From the NCBI RefSeq assembly GCF_009914755.1, contig NC_060933.1: a stretch of DNA of 64,000 nucleotides, one strand, 5' to 3'. Origin of the DNA: the human T2T-CHM13v2.0 reference genome, Homo sapiens. Every line of letters begins with the position of its first letter. The stretch's first letter is position 1. Position numbers and translations under genes: made by a program. Below the pieces are notes generated by a model. It ran no database searches. It was given only the letters and a program-made list of their open reading frames with translations, and was not told the origin of the DNA. Below are positions 31,727 through 46,929 of the stretch, piece after piece.

Positions 31727-32195
31727 GTACAGGCATGTGTGCCTGTGTGTATATGTGTGGTGTATGAATGTGGGAGGGGTGTGTCTGTGTGTATATGGTG
31801 TATGTGTGTATGTATGTGGTGTGTGTTGTGAGTGTGGGTCTGTGGGGTGTGTGTGTATGTGTGGTGTGGGGTGTCTATGTGTGTGTGTATATGTGAGGTG
31901 TATACGCGTGAGGATATGTGTGCACATGCTGTGGGTATGTGTGGTGCGTGTATGTTGTGGGGAGGTATATGAGTGTGGTGTGTCTGGTATATGAATGTGA
32001 GGGAGTGTGTTTGTGTGTTTCTTTGAGTTTGTCTATGGAAGTATGTGGTATATATTGTGTGTGTGGTGTGAGAGGTATATATGTGGGGATACATGTTTGT
32101 GCATATGGTGTGGGTGTGTGTGTGTTGTATGTGGTGTGTGTGTGCTGTATGTGTGGTGTGTGTGGTATGTGAGTGTGGCGTGCATACATGTGTGT
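31692..32195 (+). repeat. (GT)16 plus a degenerate GT/GGT/AT-rich block
   Basis: About 500 bp of low-complexity TG-rich sequence. Confidence 0.95.
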
Positions 32196-34749
32196 CTGCC
32201 TCTCTACTGGGTGATGTGTCCCGGGGGAGCCTCGGGAGCCAGAAGTCGGTTTTCTCCACCGACACTCCTGAGGGTGATCTGTTTAATACAATTCCCCTTC
32301 TCAACCACCTTTTACTTGGGGACACCCCACCAAAAGTGCACCCCTTTCTTTTCATAAATGTGTTTCTTTCCATCACTCACAAAAGGCTCTGGTGATGAAA
32401 CATCCCCACCTGCGTTGCCCACAGCGCTGTATCACCCCACACTGTACTGGCCCCCGTTCCCTGGACTGCCCAGCATTTCTCAGGGAGAGCCTCACCCTGC
32501 CCGGGAAATGCCCACTTCATCTGGCAGAGCAGAGAGTACCTGGCTGCTTAAGGGGCACTCCCGAGGCCCCGCTGTCCTGGGAGGCACATTGGGAGTGGGT
32601 AGTAGAGGAATCAGAGCGGAGGGACCCGGGAGAGCAAGGACCAGCAGCTGCACAGGAACACACGTGTGACATTAAAATGCCACAACGGCCCGGGATAACG
32701 TTACCCGTTTCTCTTTCTCTTTCTAACCTTCTCTTCTTATGAATGAGGAAACCTGTAGTTCTGCAGTGCACTGAAAACCCAGAGCCTTCCAGTGACAGAC
32801 CCCAGACAAGAACAAACACTTCCAAAGGCACCCTCCAGACGGGCCCACCATACCCAATTGCTTCAAGGAGGCCTCTGTTCATTAAAATAAACCCACATCA
32901 CTGAGACAGGAGAGATGTCTGACGTTTTCTTTCCAGTTTTGATGCCAGCTCCCCTCTTTCAGGCCTGGGGCCACATGCAGCGAGGCTGGATCCCCAGCTG
33001 GGGGCCTTCCTCCTGAGCTGGCCATGCTCCCTGGCCCTACAACAGCACCGCCCATACTTTCTCAGTCAGTATCTGCCCAGCGCACAGGGAATGAGGAGAG
33101 ACAAACACACCAACAACCAAGACAGGTGAGGCGGTGATGGCCAGAACCAAATGCCAGCCTGGGTGACTCTCTCAACTGTCTCCCAGGCAGGCCTGGAGCA
33201 TCCAAATCCCCTCTGCGTGTCCAAATGAGATAGCGGCAGCCCCTTGTTCCTACGCAAGGACCTGAGATCCACACCCCATGCTCCAGCTCTGTTTCATTCT
33301 CTAGCCATTTCATTGCATGCATTTGTTGTATCCTATACATGTGAGACCATTATAGATGTGTGGTCATGGGCTGTATGCATTAATGGCATGATTTGCAAGA
33401 CTGTGTCCAACTACCAAAGACAAGCTGAAACAGCTCCTTATATGTAATACAGCAGAGCTTGTGCACCCACAGCCAAATCATAGACTGAAACAGGCATCAC
33501 GTGGGTCCAGTCTCATTCCCCGGCCATTGGCCCATCAGTTGACCGCCCTTGAGCTCACGTATGCTCCTTTTATCCTCATTTTACAAAGCAAAACAAAGCA
33601 CAGAATACAGAGGGATCTGCACGGATGACCTGGAACTTTGTGGGTGTTCACTCCCAGAGTGATGGAAGTGATTAACACATTAATAAATACATGAGTCCAC
33701 GGAAAACTCAACATTTTCTAGAGTTTGACCAGGAGCTTTTTAAAACTCACAGCAGTCCCTCTTCTAAGCTGCCACACCAACACTTTAAATGCTCCTCTAC
33801 CAATTCATAAATTCTCTTAGGTCTCGGAATGTGGCTTCTGCCTGAATGCCCATGAGACTGCCCCTAAAGTCACAGCCAAAGCTGCAGTCCCTGACACAGA
33901 CTGGCAAAGGCCGGAAGCTCTTCAAAGTATTAATTTTAAAAGATTATTTTTATTGGTTTAAGGTGATAATGTTTTAAATCTAACCATCAGGTGGTTTGCA
34001 AATGGGTGAGGTCTGTGAAAAAGTCTGTAAATGTGTATTTCCATGCAAAAGCTGGTGCTCAGCAGTACAGCCCGGTGGGCTCCTGAGCAGCCTCCCTCGT
34101 CCCTCTGCCCTCCACACGTCTGCATGACCTCTCCTGGGAGCAAGCTTTGGCAGGGGACTCCTTCAATCTTCAGTGCCCTCGGATGCCAGCCTGGTGGGGT
34201 TTGCACCAGACCTCCCTGCCATCCCCACTGGGTTTCCTCTTCTTAGACTGTTTCTTATATTAATGGCACCTCAACTGCCAGCAGCCTATGCATTTCCTCC
34301 ACATTCTGTGCATGGCCCTGGCAGCCACCATGAGAGTCATCTCTGTCTGCATTTTCCAAAGAAAAGACAGAATGCCTTACCCAAGGCCAAGCAATGAAGT
34401 CAGGGCGGGGAAGGATGTGGACCTCTGATGGACTCACCCTGCCAGCCCCACCCACCAGCCTCACCAGGCCAGGCTTCCAGTAACAGGACTTGGATCCATA
34501 CTGCCCCTGTGCAGACCCATGCCTGCAAAGCAAGTGCAGAATAAAGAAGAGAGAGAAAGAGAAGTAAGGAAAGAAAGGAGAGAAAAAGCATAAAGAGGAG
34601 AGATGGTCAAAAGCAAGTATCTTCAAGAAATGGACAGCAGGTGAAGGAAGGAGTTATTTTCCTCATCCCCTAATTACTCGAGCATACTCCTGATCCCCAA
34701 GTGTCACAAACATCTACTGTCCTGATTACTATTACTGCTGTCAAGATTA

Positions 34750-34920
34750 GGAACAGCCAACACATGTATGCCAGGTGCCATGCATGTGTTATCTCCTTTA
34801 ATCCTCACAATGACCCCATCATTATCCCGATTATCAGCTGAGGAAACTGAGGCACCAAGAATGCAAGTCAATAGCACAGGCACAAGAACCCAAATGCTGG
34901 CCCTTGGGGGCCGTGTCCTC
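34750..34920 (-). mobile_element. MIR
   Basis: 'tatgccaggt', 'tttaatcctcacaatgacccc', 'tgaggaaactgaggcac'. Confidence 0.8.
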
Positions 34921-37900
34921 ACCCTGTGCGTTAGTGTCTCATGCCAGAGGCCAATCGGACGCCACAGGCATGGGCACTCTCCACCAACTGTGACCTAAAG
35001 AACAGCACAGCCAGCCCACTTCCAATTGTCCACAGCTTCTCTGCCTCTGAGGCAATGAGGAGAAATGGGCTGGGTTTGCCCAGACAGGCACTTTGAATAT
35101 TCCAGTATCTTAATTCCACCTCTGGAATCAGAGGGCAGCAGGCAGGAGGTGCCAGGGCTCCTGCCACCCCCCTCCTCCTTTCCCGAGAGCCCAGAGGCCA
35201 CCTCCAGCCACCTGTCACTGATGTGCTGCTCTGCATCCAGCTGGCACACAGGTGCCACCTAATTCTCTGCAGCTCTTTGCTTTCCTGCAGCAGTGGTGAG
35301 GGGGGCATCCCCTCAAGAGGTGTCTTCCCCCTCTCTCGAGCAGAGGTGAAAACACAGATGCTCCCAATTGAGAGCTGCCTAAACACCCTTGCACGTGAGC
35401 CCCTCAGATGGGGCACTCTGGGGTTTCTTTTCCTCTTTACATTTACAAACTATTTGCTAAAAGGATATGAATTTAAAAGAGAACAACTAGAAGCAAAAAT
35501 GAGAGAAAAAAAACCCACAGAGAATGTGTTTACATGCGCAGGAGGGAAAGAGCATGTTGGAGCTGGAGGGAGCAGCCAGTTATCCAGGGAATACAGAAAA
35601 AACACAGTGGCCTGCAGCCCTGCAAAGACCCTGAAGACACGTACAGGAACTAGAGGATGTCCTCAACCTCTCATGGCTCCCCTGGAATGAGGGCCTCAGA
35701 ACACAAGCAGGTGCTGTCCAGGAGCCCTAAAGTCAGTGGGGTCTGAGCCAGAGGGCCCTCCACGCTCCCCCGTGGGGCAGGTCAGGTGCATGACCAGGTT
35801 AAAGACTCAGATGGCCCCATCAAGACAGTCTGTTGTATCCTAGACTTATTTTTCCAGAAATGTTCTTATTTCCGACATAATACGTCCTTCCTGACAGCCC
35901 TCAGTGCCTTTAAGAAATGCTGATCTAGATGAGAGGCGCAGGTGGGGAGTAGGGGCTGCTGACTTCAATTCTCTGCTTTGTAAGGAGAAAATGGACTTCT
36001 CCTAAAGGGCTGTGACCCCCAATCCCACTAGCTTGCTCGCACTTAGAAATTACTGTATGTCTAGAGACTCCACACAACTACAGTTCCTCCGCATGCATGT
36101 CGATGTCTGCAGGTGATAAATCACAGGGAACACAGGGGCAGCAGGAGGAGCCCCAGTAGAGACAAGCCCCGTGGCACCACCCCCGGCTCCAGAGTCTGCA
36201 CATGCCCCGCCTGGCTGGACCATGTCTGCTTCTCATTGAGGAATGAGTGACCTCGTTTAGTTAGAAGGGCTTGGCAGAGTTTTTCTAAAAATCTCAATTC
36301 AAAACACAACCAACCCCCACATTGGTTCCAGCTGCTCCCAACCCTGGGATGCCGGCCCCGCTGTCTGCACCTCTGGCCTCTGAAGGCCACTTTCCTGCAG
36401 AGCGGGGCCTTTCAACAGCCACTCTGGCACTAACGGCCGTCCCCACACTCTCCTTCTAAATGCTTTTTCATCCCTGCAGCGGGGCGGATGAAGGGAGGGG
36501 GCCATCAAACGCGGAGCTGCACACGTTTCAGCAAGCTGCCCTGAGCCAGCAGCATAAATCAGAATGTGTTTTCCTATTTCAGGGTGGAGGAAATGGTTCT
36601 CCAGCAAAGTTCCCTACCGTTTCTTAAAGTGATTATTTTGATTTAAACTGCTGCCTGGTGGCTAGACTTCTAGCTACCAGTTTCAGGTCGTCTGTCCTGG
36701 GATCCGAGAGCACAAAGAAACACTGTTTGCAGGTTCCTGGGGGCCTCCTCTGGGCCGGCACACAAGATGGGCTCTCGGCCTCCACGCTCCTGCACCTTCC
36801 ACAGACCAGCGCTTGTTCCTCGCCCAGGGAGCTGCCAGCCCCAAAGACACCGCCTCCTTCGTGCCACTTGCTGTCACGCAGGCTGTGGTTTTACTTCCTC
36901 CTGCCGTCCTCCAAATATCAGGCTCTCTCTGTGTCTGAAGAGAACATATGAATTTTGGGAAGGACGCAATTCAGTCCACAGCAAATCTGAAATCCACTGT
37001 ACGATATTCTTAGTTTTAGGAGGCAGCGGCTGGGGCTGAACTTGCTCAAAGTTGTCCTAAAGAACTGCAGCCCCGGATGGGCCCCATGTCCAGCCCCCAT
37101 ACTGGCGGGATGTTGTCTTAATAGGTGTAATAGGTTCGTGGCTACCAGAACCTACACTGTTAGGAAGGTTGAAAAGAAAACCAGAAGCTGAATAAGTTCA
37201 CGGGTCAAAAAGGCTGTGTTTAGTAATGATTTTCTATACTCCCCCACGGTATACAGAATAGCAAGCCTCGCCCCAGGTCCTTGCATGCTCCCATGGGACA
37301 AGGAAGGCGGGGCGGGGGGAAGGGGGTGCGGGAAGGGGAAATGTCATTCCTGCATTTTCTACACACGCATCCTAATGTAAAGCAACTATTTCATGGTTTG
37401 CAAAAGATTGCCAGACAAAGCAAAATGCATTCATGACACAATTCAAAATTATGAATCCAATCCAGCAGAGAAAGTTACGATGGCCTGCAAGGGGAGGGGC
37501 AGTTTTGTATTTTCTGCCCTCCCCACCCTACGCCCAAGGTGTAATGAGGAAACTTTCTCAGAAAAGGGCCCTCTGTCCAGCGACTCAAGAGCACAGTGAA
37601 AGCCTCTGCACGCACCCCTCCCCACCACCCAGCACCCTCACTCCCAGTGTAGGGCCTGGGCTGCCCAGGGTGAGAGCCTGTCCTGGGGAAGCCAGGCCCT
37701 GACCACCTGGTAAGTCTCTTCTAGGGATGCTGCAACCAGCCAGAGCCACAAGGCCATGCCTGCCCCCAAATCCAAGTCTTTCAGGTGATCTCACTGTGTG
37801 GATCCCAGGCAAGAGGATGTTCAGAGAGACATCCATACCAGCGCACCATCCCATCTAATTCTTACCCAAAACTCACCACAGGACAAGCATATGCACTAGG

Positions 37901-38028
37901 GGAGTTCCCAGTCAGCACCTTTCAGAAGCCAACCCCCACCCTCATGCACACCCAAAGCATGCTCACACCAAAGCATGGTTTTAATCAGCTTTGCTGGGGT
38001 ATAATCTACATATAATAACACACACCCA

Positions 38029-38347
<319 letters not shown>

Positions 38348-38632
38348 TTATGAAGAGCTCTGACAAATGTCTACACGGATGCAACCACCACCACAGTCCC
38401 CACTGAGAAGCAGCTGGCAGAAGAAGCAATCCCATGGTGGTTGCAGCCAGAGGTGACTAACACTCACACAGGGAGCCACTGGGTGATACCAACCCCAGGA
38501 TGCCTCCCGGCTGGGCTTCTACAACAATGGGGCCCAGGCAAGGCCTGCTGTTCTCTCTCTGGACGACCTTGAGAAGTTAAGCCTGTCTCTTCATCTTAAA
38601 GCTTGGAATACTGTAGAGTGGATTACAGGCTT

Positions 38633-38995
38633 TGCCATGGACTGAGGCGTGTCCCCACAAAATATGTCAAAGCCTGAACCTCAGTATGACGGTGTTTGGA
38701 GTCGGGGCCTGTAGGGAGGCAGTCAAGGTTAAACGGGACAAAAGGGAGCTTCCAATTCAATATAGTTGGCATCCTACAAGAAGGGGAAGAGACACTGGCA
38801 CTCACTCTTTCCACCCCATGAGGATGCAGTGAGAAGGCGGCCATCTACAAGCCAAGAAGAGAGCCCTCACCAGAAACCAAATCTGCTAACACCTTCACTA
38901 TGGACCTCCAGCCTCCAAACTGTAGGAAATCAATGTCTGCTGTTTAAGCCTCCCAGTCTCGGTGCTTTGTCAGGGCATCTGGAGCCTACCGAGCA
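38633..38995 (+). mobile_element. MaLR solo LTR (MLT1A0-like)
   Basis: tgccatggactga...; gtgagaaggcggccatctacaagccaagaagagagccctcaccaga; tgtttaagcctcccagtct. Confidence 0.88.
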
Positions 38996-40907
38996 GACTT
39001 TCTGCAGAGAATTGAAGGTTCTCAAGGAAATCTCAGGAGAAACCTCAGTAACCACAATGCAATGGAGCTGCTCCATTCAAGCAGGCCAGAGGTTTCGGAT
39101 TTCAAGTTTCGAGTCTTGCCTGTACCCTCAGCCCCCTGATAAGCACCCTCTGCGGTGGTCCCTGAACCTCATTTGCAGTGGTCCCTGAACCTTGTTTGAA
39201 CTCCAGAGCTCTGGAGAAGACCCTTGGAAAGCCACTGGGCTGGAGTCTGTCTTTTCAGGTACCACTCCGTTGCCTTCTAGGGCAGATGGGGCTCAAATAT
39301 CAATGACTTCAGGAACAGAACTGTGCCTCCAGAAATTATCTGTCAAAGCGGCTATAGACATGTTTAAGAAGAGGTGCCCTTCTGGTACCCAGATAACCAC
39401 AGGGTACCGCATGGATTCACCATGGGGCAGAGCTGCAGACATCACAAGCTGAGGGAACAGCACATGCAAAGGCTCACAGACACAAATGGCATGGATTGGG
39501 CCGGGGGGAAATGGGGGAAGATGGAGGATGACTACAAGGAGGGAATGTGGGCTCAAGGTGGGTGTGGCCCCATCCTTCTTAAAGCAAGATTCAACAGCGA
39601 AATGAAATGAGAGCTTTAAGGCATCAGTATGTGCAGGTCTGCAGACAGCACAGACAGACTTAGAACCAGAAAGACGGGAGAAGTGCCTGTCCCACTGGAC
39701 AGAAAGCCTGACCCCTCTGGGAGGCCACTTTCCCTCCCTCCTGGACCCCTCATTAGGCCTCGCTACCATCTCCCCAAATTCCAGAGGTAGTCCTTTGCAG
39801 ACAAGATCTACTGCCAGGTCCCTCGACGCCCCCTTGCTCCTCTGTACAAGGCACCAAAACATGGGAAGCAGGCTTCATTTGCATACCACACATATACTCC
39901 CCCAGAAAGGGCTCCCTAATGCAGTCCCCCCACTTCCCACATAAAGAGACTTGAGGGCGCCAGAGGAGGCCCTGCAGGAGCCAGCTCATACAGCAACAGT
40001 TCCAGTCTTTCAAAGTAAGCCCAGGCAGGCGGGACCCAACTGCACCCCAGCTCTCCTCCAGAGCCGCTTTTCTCATTTCCGTGTGCAGCCTGCCAGGGCT
40101 GAGGGTCGAGAGCAGGCCTGACAATGAACCCCACTCCCAGCACATGATGGATCCTGCCCTTGCCGGCCAGGAGATGCTGGTCGCAGGAAGACATCCTTCA
40201 CGTCTTCGCTGCCACCAAGAATCACACTCCCCAGAACTCAAGTTCCGCTCGACCAAGCTCAAGTCAGGCTTTGATCTTGCAGGAAACACCCACGCAGACT
40301 CACTCTCCAGGACGGGAAGGATGCAGGAGCCAGCTTCAGCAGAACTCCTGGCTAGCAGCTCTGCCTGGCAGTACAGAAACTGTCTCAAAATGTGAAACAG
40401 ATGAGCCTTTTAAAGAAAGTTATTTATATTGTGGAATCTTTCAGAGCAAGCAGAAACTTGAAGAGCCTTATCACCTGGGGCACAAAACCAAGGATACTCG
40501 AGTCTTCTCTCACCATGGAAATGGATGTGATTTTACCAAAACATAACAAGGAAATATGTTGGTTTGATGCTATTTCTTGATTTCTACTTCTGATAACGTA
40601 TGCATGCCAGTCCTAATCAAGACAGAATGCCATTCAATAAGCTGACAAAGAACTCTTTTCCTGCGAATCCCCTACCTTGAAGGTCAGTATTAACAGTGAA
40701 GCATGGAAATTAAATTAAATTAAACCAGGGGAGCGGAGCTGTATGTAAACTCTGCTGGTTTTTCAGAAAAGGAGTGGACCTCTGTCTGTCCACCCATCTG
40801 GAGGCAGGGCATCAGATGATGGACGTAGATATATGGGGGCTCTGCTCAGTGCCATCTGTGTTTTAATCAATCTGGCTAACGCTTAATTTTTTAAAAATAA
40901 CATTTGG

Positions 40908-41218
<311 letters not shown>

Positions 41219-42697
41219 CTAAGGCTGTAGTTGAAATACTGTACTAGACTCATGCTGGCTGAGAGTTGGGAACATGTTTATACTATTATCCAGGTAGCAT
41301 ACAAAGGGGAGATACACATTCTAGTGTTTGGAGATTTTTAAAGCAATTACAATTCCTTAAAAGGTATTATTGTCTAGGAACATCAGGACTCTTACAATGG
41401 ACTGCAGTGAGTCTACAGGGAAACATTCCCCAGCCCTAAGTGCAGTTCCACAGCGACCACCCTCCATCAGCCCATCCGAACAGATATCTAGCAGGCATGT
41501 CTAGCAGGTGCCCACACTTCGGAAGTGACTATAGGGCTTGCTTGAGATCACCTTGGCCAACCTTACCATGGGACCAAACCCTTTCTTGAGTGGTTTTGTA
41601 ATTTCAAGAGAATCACAGGAAATGTTCCCACAAGCTCTTCTTTACCTCCCAACTACGGTCAGATGAGATTCCCAGGCTTTTCTTGATTTCAACACGGAGA
41701 ATCAATCCAGGGGTGAGGAAAGAGAACAAGAGATCAAATAAAGGGGCCCTGTAGGTAGAAATAAACTGCCACATGGAAAATATCTTGACTGGCGAAAACG
41801 CAATCTCTTCACTTTCAAAGATGTGCTTCCAAGCTCCCCTCTTCTCTTCAACTTTCCTGTTAAAACTAACACTTCCAAGGAAGCCGGCTAGAAAGAACCC
41901 TGGGCTCTGACCCTGATTCCCACCCTAGGCCACATGGCCATGTTCATATGTAATCCACAGCCCTAGAATCAAATTTGATTTCCTAAAGAATGTGGACTTC
42001 TGGAGATTACTACAGAATATCTGACCTTTTGTTTCATTATGCCCTTTATTGTGTTTCATTATACCCTTACATTTGAAACTTTCTTTTATACTATGCAAGT
42101 ATTACGTGAATACACTCCTCTCTTTGAGTCACACTTGTAGATAAAGCTGAAGTCTCTTGGACATGACTTCAACCTCCCCAGATAGAACCAGTTAGTACTG
42201 TGTCATTTACGCTTTCAAATCTTCCTCTGCCTGTAGGAATATCGTGTTTTGAACATGTTGTTTGGCCTAAATAGCATCACTATCTGCATGCTACTTGGAG
42301 ATCTTTGAGGTTTGAGTCACCTCATTTTCTTCATTGCTGTGTAATATTCCCTAGCACTAATATTCCATATTTATGAGTTGGTTTTCTGGTCATTTCCAAA
42401 GCAATAAACACTTAAGTTATTTCTTTTTCTCCCACAAACAGCATTGCTATGAATATCCTCATATCGACTTCTCTGTGCCCTGAGCTCAGTATGTCTGGAA
42501 GGCAAATCCCAAGACACAGAATTACTGGGTTCGTGGGTGCACCTGTTATTGATTTTAAGGACAGCTGACTGTCCTCCAAAGTGGATGTGGTAATCTATAC
42601 TCCACAGTTTATTAAAATGCCCATTTCCCCATACCCTCACCTTAAACCCTGCTAATATAGTTAGAAATCATAACTTATTTTATGTTTCCTAATATAG

Positions 42698-43139
42698 TGT
42701 GGAAGACAGAGTAAGGATCCACCCAAGATGGCCACATTGTAATCCCCAGAACCTGTGACCATGTGGCCTTACATGGCTAAGGGGACTTTGTGGGTGTGAT
42801 TAAATTAAGAATCCTGAGATGAAGAGACGACCTGGACAATCAGGTGGGCCCAAAGTACCCACAAAGGTCCTTCAGGACCACAAGAAAAGACTGTGACGCT
42901 GAAGCAAAGGGAAGGAGACAGGGAAACCATGCTGCTGGCTCTGAAGATGGACAAGGGGCCATGAACCCAGGTGGGTCTGGAAGCCAGAGAAGGCCAGGAA
43001 ATGGGAAGAGGCTGTGGGGCTGTGAGGCCACACCCACCCAGGCTAGACTTCTGGCCTGCAGAACTGTAAGGGGATAAATTTGTCTTGTTTTAAGCAACTA
43101 AGTGTGTATTGGTCACAGCAGCCAGAGGAAATTAACGTA
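42698..43139 (+). mobile_element. MaLR solo LTR (MLT1D-like)
   Basis: 'taatccccagaacctgtga...ttacatggc...gggactttg', 'ctgctggctctgaagatgga', 'cagaactgtaag...ataaatttgtcttgttttaagc'. Confidence 0.85.
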
Positions 43140-43487
43140 ACTCGCAAAGATGAGTCTCTTCTCTAATTTTACTATTTATATATTATTTTTTGAGAATCCC
43201 TTTAAAAATTGTCCTTTGCCCCTTCAATAGGGCTTCTATTAAGATTTACCAATTATTTCTATTACAGTTCTTGTTGACTTATTAAGAACGATTTTCCTAC
43301 CTCAATGTCATAAACAAATTCTCATCTATTTTTTTCGGGGGGTGACTGGTATTAAAACAGATGTCTAATATGATCTTCTCCCAAAGGCACACTCAATTGT
43401 TCTAACATCATTTATTTAAAACTTCACTATTTCCCCACTCATTGGAAAAGTGAGTGAATTTATCACTTAATAAATTCCATAGATTCC

Positions 43488-43808
43488 GGCCGGGCGCGGT
43501 GGCTCATGCCTGTAATCCCAGCACTTTGGGAGGCCGAGGCAGATGGATCAAGAGGTCAGGAGATCGAGACCATCCAGGCTAACACGTTGAAACTCCATCT
43601 CTACTAAAAATACAAAAAATTAGCCAGGTATGGTAGCACATGCCTGTAGTCCCAGCTACTCAGGAGGCCGAGGCAGGAGAATCGCTTGAACCCGGGAGGT
43701 GGAGCTAGCAGTGAGCTGAAATCACGCCACTGCACACTCCACCCTGGGCGACAGAGCAAGACTCCGTCTCAAAAAAAAAAAAAGAAAAGAAAAGAAAAAG
43801 AAAAAAAA
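43488..43808 (+). mobile_element. Alu (AluSc/Y-like)
   Basis: Full Alu; 16-bp TSD aaattccatagattcc/aaattccatatattcc. Confidence 0.95.
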
Positions 43809-44110
43809 TTCCATATATTCCATAGGTCTGTGTGTGGATTATCTATTCTCTTCTTTTGATCTATTTGTCTATTTAATTATGACAATACATTTTGACACTG
43901 GGTAGAGCAAGGTTCTCACGATAATTTCACTTTTTCTGTCTTGGTTCTTCTTGCTCATTTTCAGTTCTACGTGGACTTCAGAAACAGCAAGCCAAATTCT
44001 ATAAAATAACTTACTGGGGTGCTAGTTGGAACTGTATTAAATTTGTATTTTAATTTTGGGAGAACAGATATCGTTACAATATTACTTTCCCGTTAACAAT
44101 AGGGTTTTCT

Positions 44111-44406
<296 letters not shown>

Positions 44407-45038
44407 GACAATAGGGTTTTCTTCTCCAGTTAGTCTAATCTTCTTTCAAATTTTTCAGTGAAGTCTCAGGAGTGTTGTGCCTTTCTCACTAAGGTTATTC
44501 CTGGGTATCTGAATGGCTTTGCTGCTACTGGTTTTTTTTCTATTACTTATTTTTATGGTTACAGATATATAAAAATGCCACTGATGTTTCTAAGTTGGTC
44601 CTGAATCCTCCAGCCAACATACTACATCTCTGTATTGGTGCTAACATTTTCAGTTGAGTCCCTTGCATTTTCTAAATAGACAACTGAACCAACCACAACT
44701 AATGAGAGTTTTATCATTTTACAAAATGTATACTTATCATTTGCTTAATTTAGCTTCCCCGCTTGGAGAAATTCTGTCATATCCAATAAACTCATGTGGC
44801 TCTTTGCAACCTCCTAGTGTCCTGGAGACCAGCTTCATCTTTCATGACAGCAGCTATGACTGCTGTAAAGCAATGACTCCATCCCAGATGGTGGAGGGAG
44901 CTGCATTCAAAATATAATACAGGAGGATTTCCTGAAAGAGGTGCGGAGGGCAGCATTTTGTCTTCTCTTCACACCAGGGAACTTGAGCCCATCTGGATTC
45001 AGTTGAAAGGGCAGAGTTACAAATAAATGGAAAACACA

Positions 45039-45042
<4 letters not shown>

Positions 45043-45084
<42 letters not shown>
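45043..45084 (+). repeat. (CA)21 microsatellite
   Basis: Perfect run. Confidence 0.97.
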
Positions 45085-45086
<2 letters not shown>

Positions 45087-46929
45087 GTAAGTCCATAAGA
45101 AGTCGGTAAAAAATAGGGTCCGTGTAACAGGCCAAGGCACTGTCTTCAAAAAGTTAAAGAAATCATTCCTATCCTAACAGGAAAGAAGAGGACAAGGATG
45201 CCTATAGGAAAATGGACCAAGAACTTGGGGGATTCCCCTTCTGAAGACTTCTTTCTCCTCTGAAGAGAGTGAAGAGAAGGGAGATTTCTGACCTTCCCAC
45301 TGGCACAGGCCTCTGCCACCGGACACAGTGCAGCACTGGACACGGCTGCCCCTCCTGCGTTCGCCACCTTTCTTGCTCCCTCTTCAGCGCATGCTCTGTG
45401 AGCACACTCCAGAAAGGCTGGCGGAGCGCGAGGTTGTGGGCGGGGGTGAGGGTAAAAATAACCACCATGGAGCGTGGAGGACCAGCCCCAGAGCAAGGCG
45501 ATGAGGCAGCCAGGCTGTGGGAGACTGGCTGGGGACTGGGGCTGAGGCATGAGGGGTCTGATCTATGCCTGGGGTTGGGCCTTTGCCCCTGGGATTGCCA
45601 GGCCTGAGTCCGGAGACCAAAACAGCAGGGCTCCTCCGGGATGGGCCTGATCAGAGGGCACCAGGACTCAACGGCCAGAGGGCGGGCGAGTTTAACGACC
45701 CAACCAGAGTTACTGGGAAAGGTGACCGTGCTGTGAATAGGTAAGGTGGCCCCAACAGGTGAGGTGGAAGAAGGAGGGGAGGTGGCACCAGAGGACACAG
45801 CCTGGGGTCAAAAAGGTGGCACCGGGGCAGAGTGAAGCAGAAGGTCCCGGGAGGTGTGGCTCCACATAGATGGCCTTTGCAGACACAGTACTGTGACAAG
45901 TCAAGTTGGGAGGGCAGGTGCTGTCCAGCCTCCAGCCCTCCACTACACCCTGATCAACACAAGAGACTCAGGTGGGTGCAGGACCCGCTCTGAAGCCCCG
46001 AGGAGTAGTATCCACCCCTATGACAGGCAGTGCTCCTGAGACCAAGGGCTACCTCACCCCCTTGGTCCTCACTCTGGGTACTGGCTGCTAATTCAAGACA
46101 ACAGGACACGTCCCACTCGACATCCCGCTCTGAGAATCTACAGTGCCCGGGCTGATGCTGTGACAGTAGCACATGAAGAGCCGAGTTGGTCAAATTTTCA
46201 TGCATGAATATTCAACTCGGCCTGATGGGGCTGTGGGCAGCAAAGACTGTGGGAAATGGCAGAGAGACATGAAATCTAAAAGGAAGCAGCAAGCTGTGAG
46301 CAGAGTGAGGGTGCATGAGACGCTGAGGAACAAAGTGTTCCTTGGCCAATATCTGTAATATTTCCATCATAGATTGGGCTCCCCAAGAAGTCAATCCAGA
46401 GTGCATTTGGGAGATGAAGCCAGGGGGCCCTGGAAGTGGAGTAGGAAGGAGAGGAGAAGGGGAAGAGGCCCAGAGGTAGTGCATGAGTAGGTTCCTGCTA
46501 TGGGCAACACCACGCAAGACACTGGGCCCCTGTGGGAGGCCACACAGACCCTACGTCTCAGAGCTGCCCACCCCCATAGGCAAGGCAGCTGGAGCATTCA
46601 CTACCCAATGAGGGCTTATTGTTGGAGGATTGCTGATAGCAGGGGGATGCACTGGCTCCCAGCACCCGACTGTACCTTGCCTGTAGACCAAGTACCCTGG
46701 CCAGGAAAGTCCTGTGACCAAGTCACAAGGGCGTGGAGTCAGCAGCCTGCAGGAGGTGGTGAGGCGTAGGATAGGGGCCAATGGCAACACTCTCCACTAC
46801 ATAACGACCAAGACTTGACTGGCATGGTCTTTTCTTGTCACAGACAAGCACAGACAGCACACTCTGCTGCTGCTGACCTTCTGTTCAAAGACAGTACTCC
46901 ATTTGCAGAGTTGTCACTGCAAGGTAATG

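Noticed and set aside
36945-36985. About 40-bp match to an MLT1 LTR end on the minus strand
   Set aside because: Too short to delimit or list as a feature; counted only as a tentative minus-strand piece in the LTR orientation tally
39753-40388. 211-aa minus-strand ORF as a standalone gene
   Set aside because: Non-ATG start and no recognisable homology; only a sub-segment is kept as a weak exon candidate
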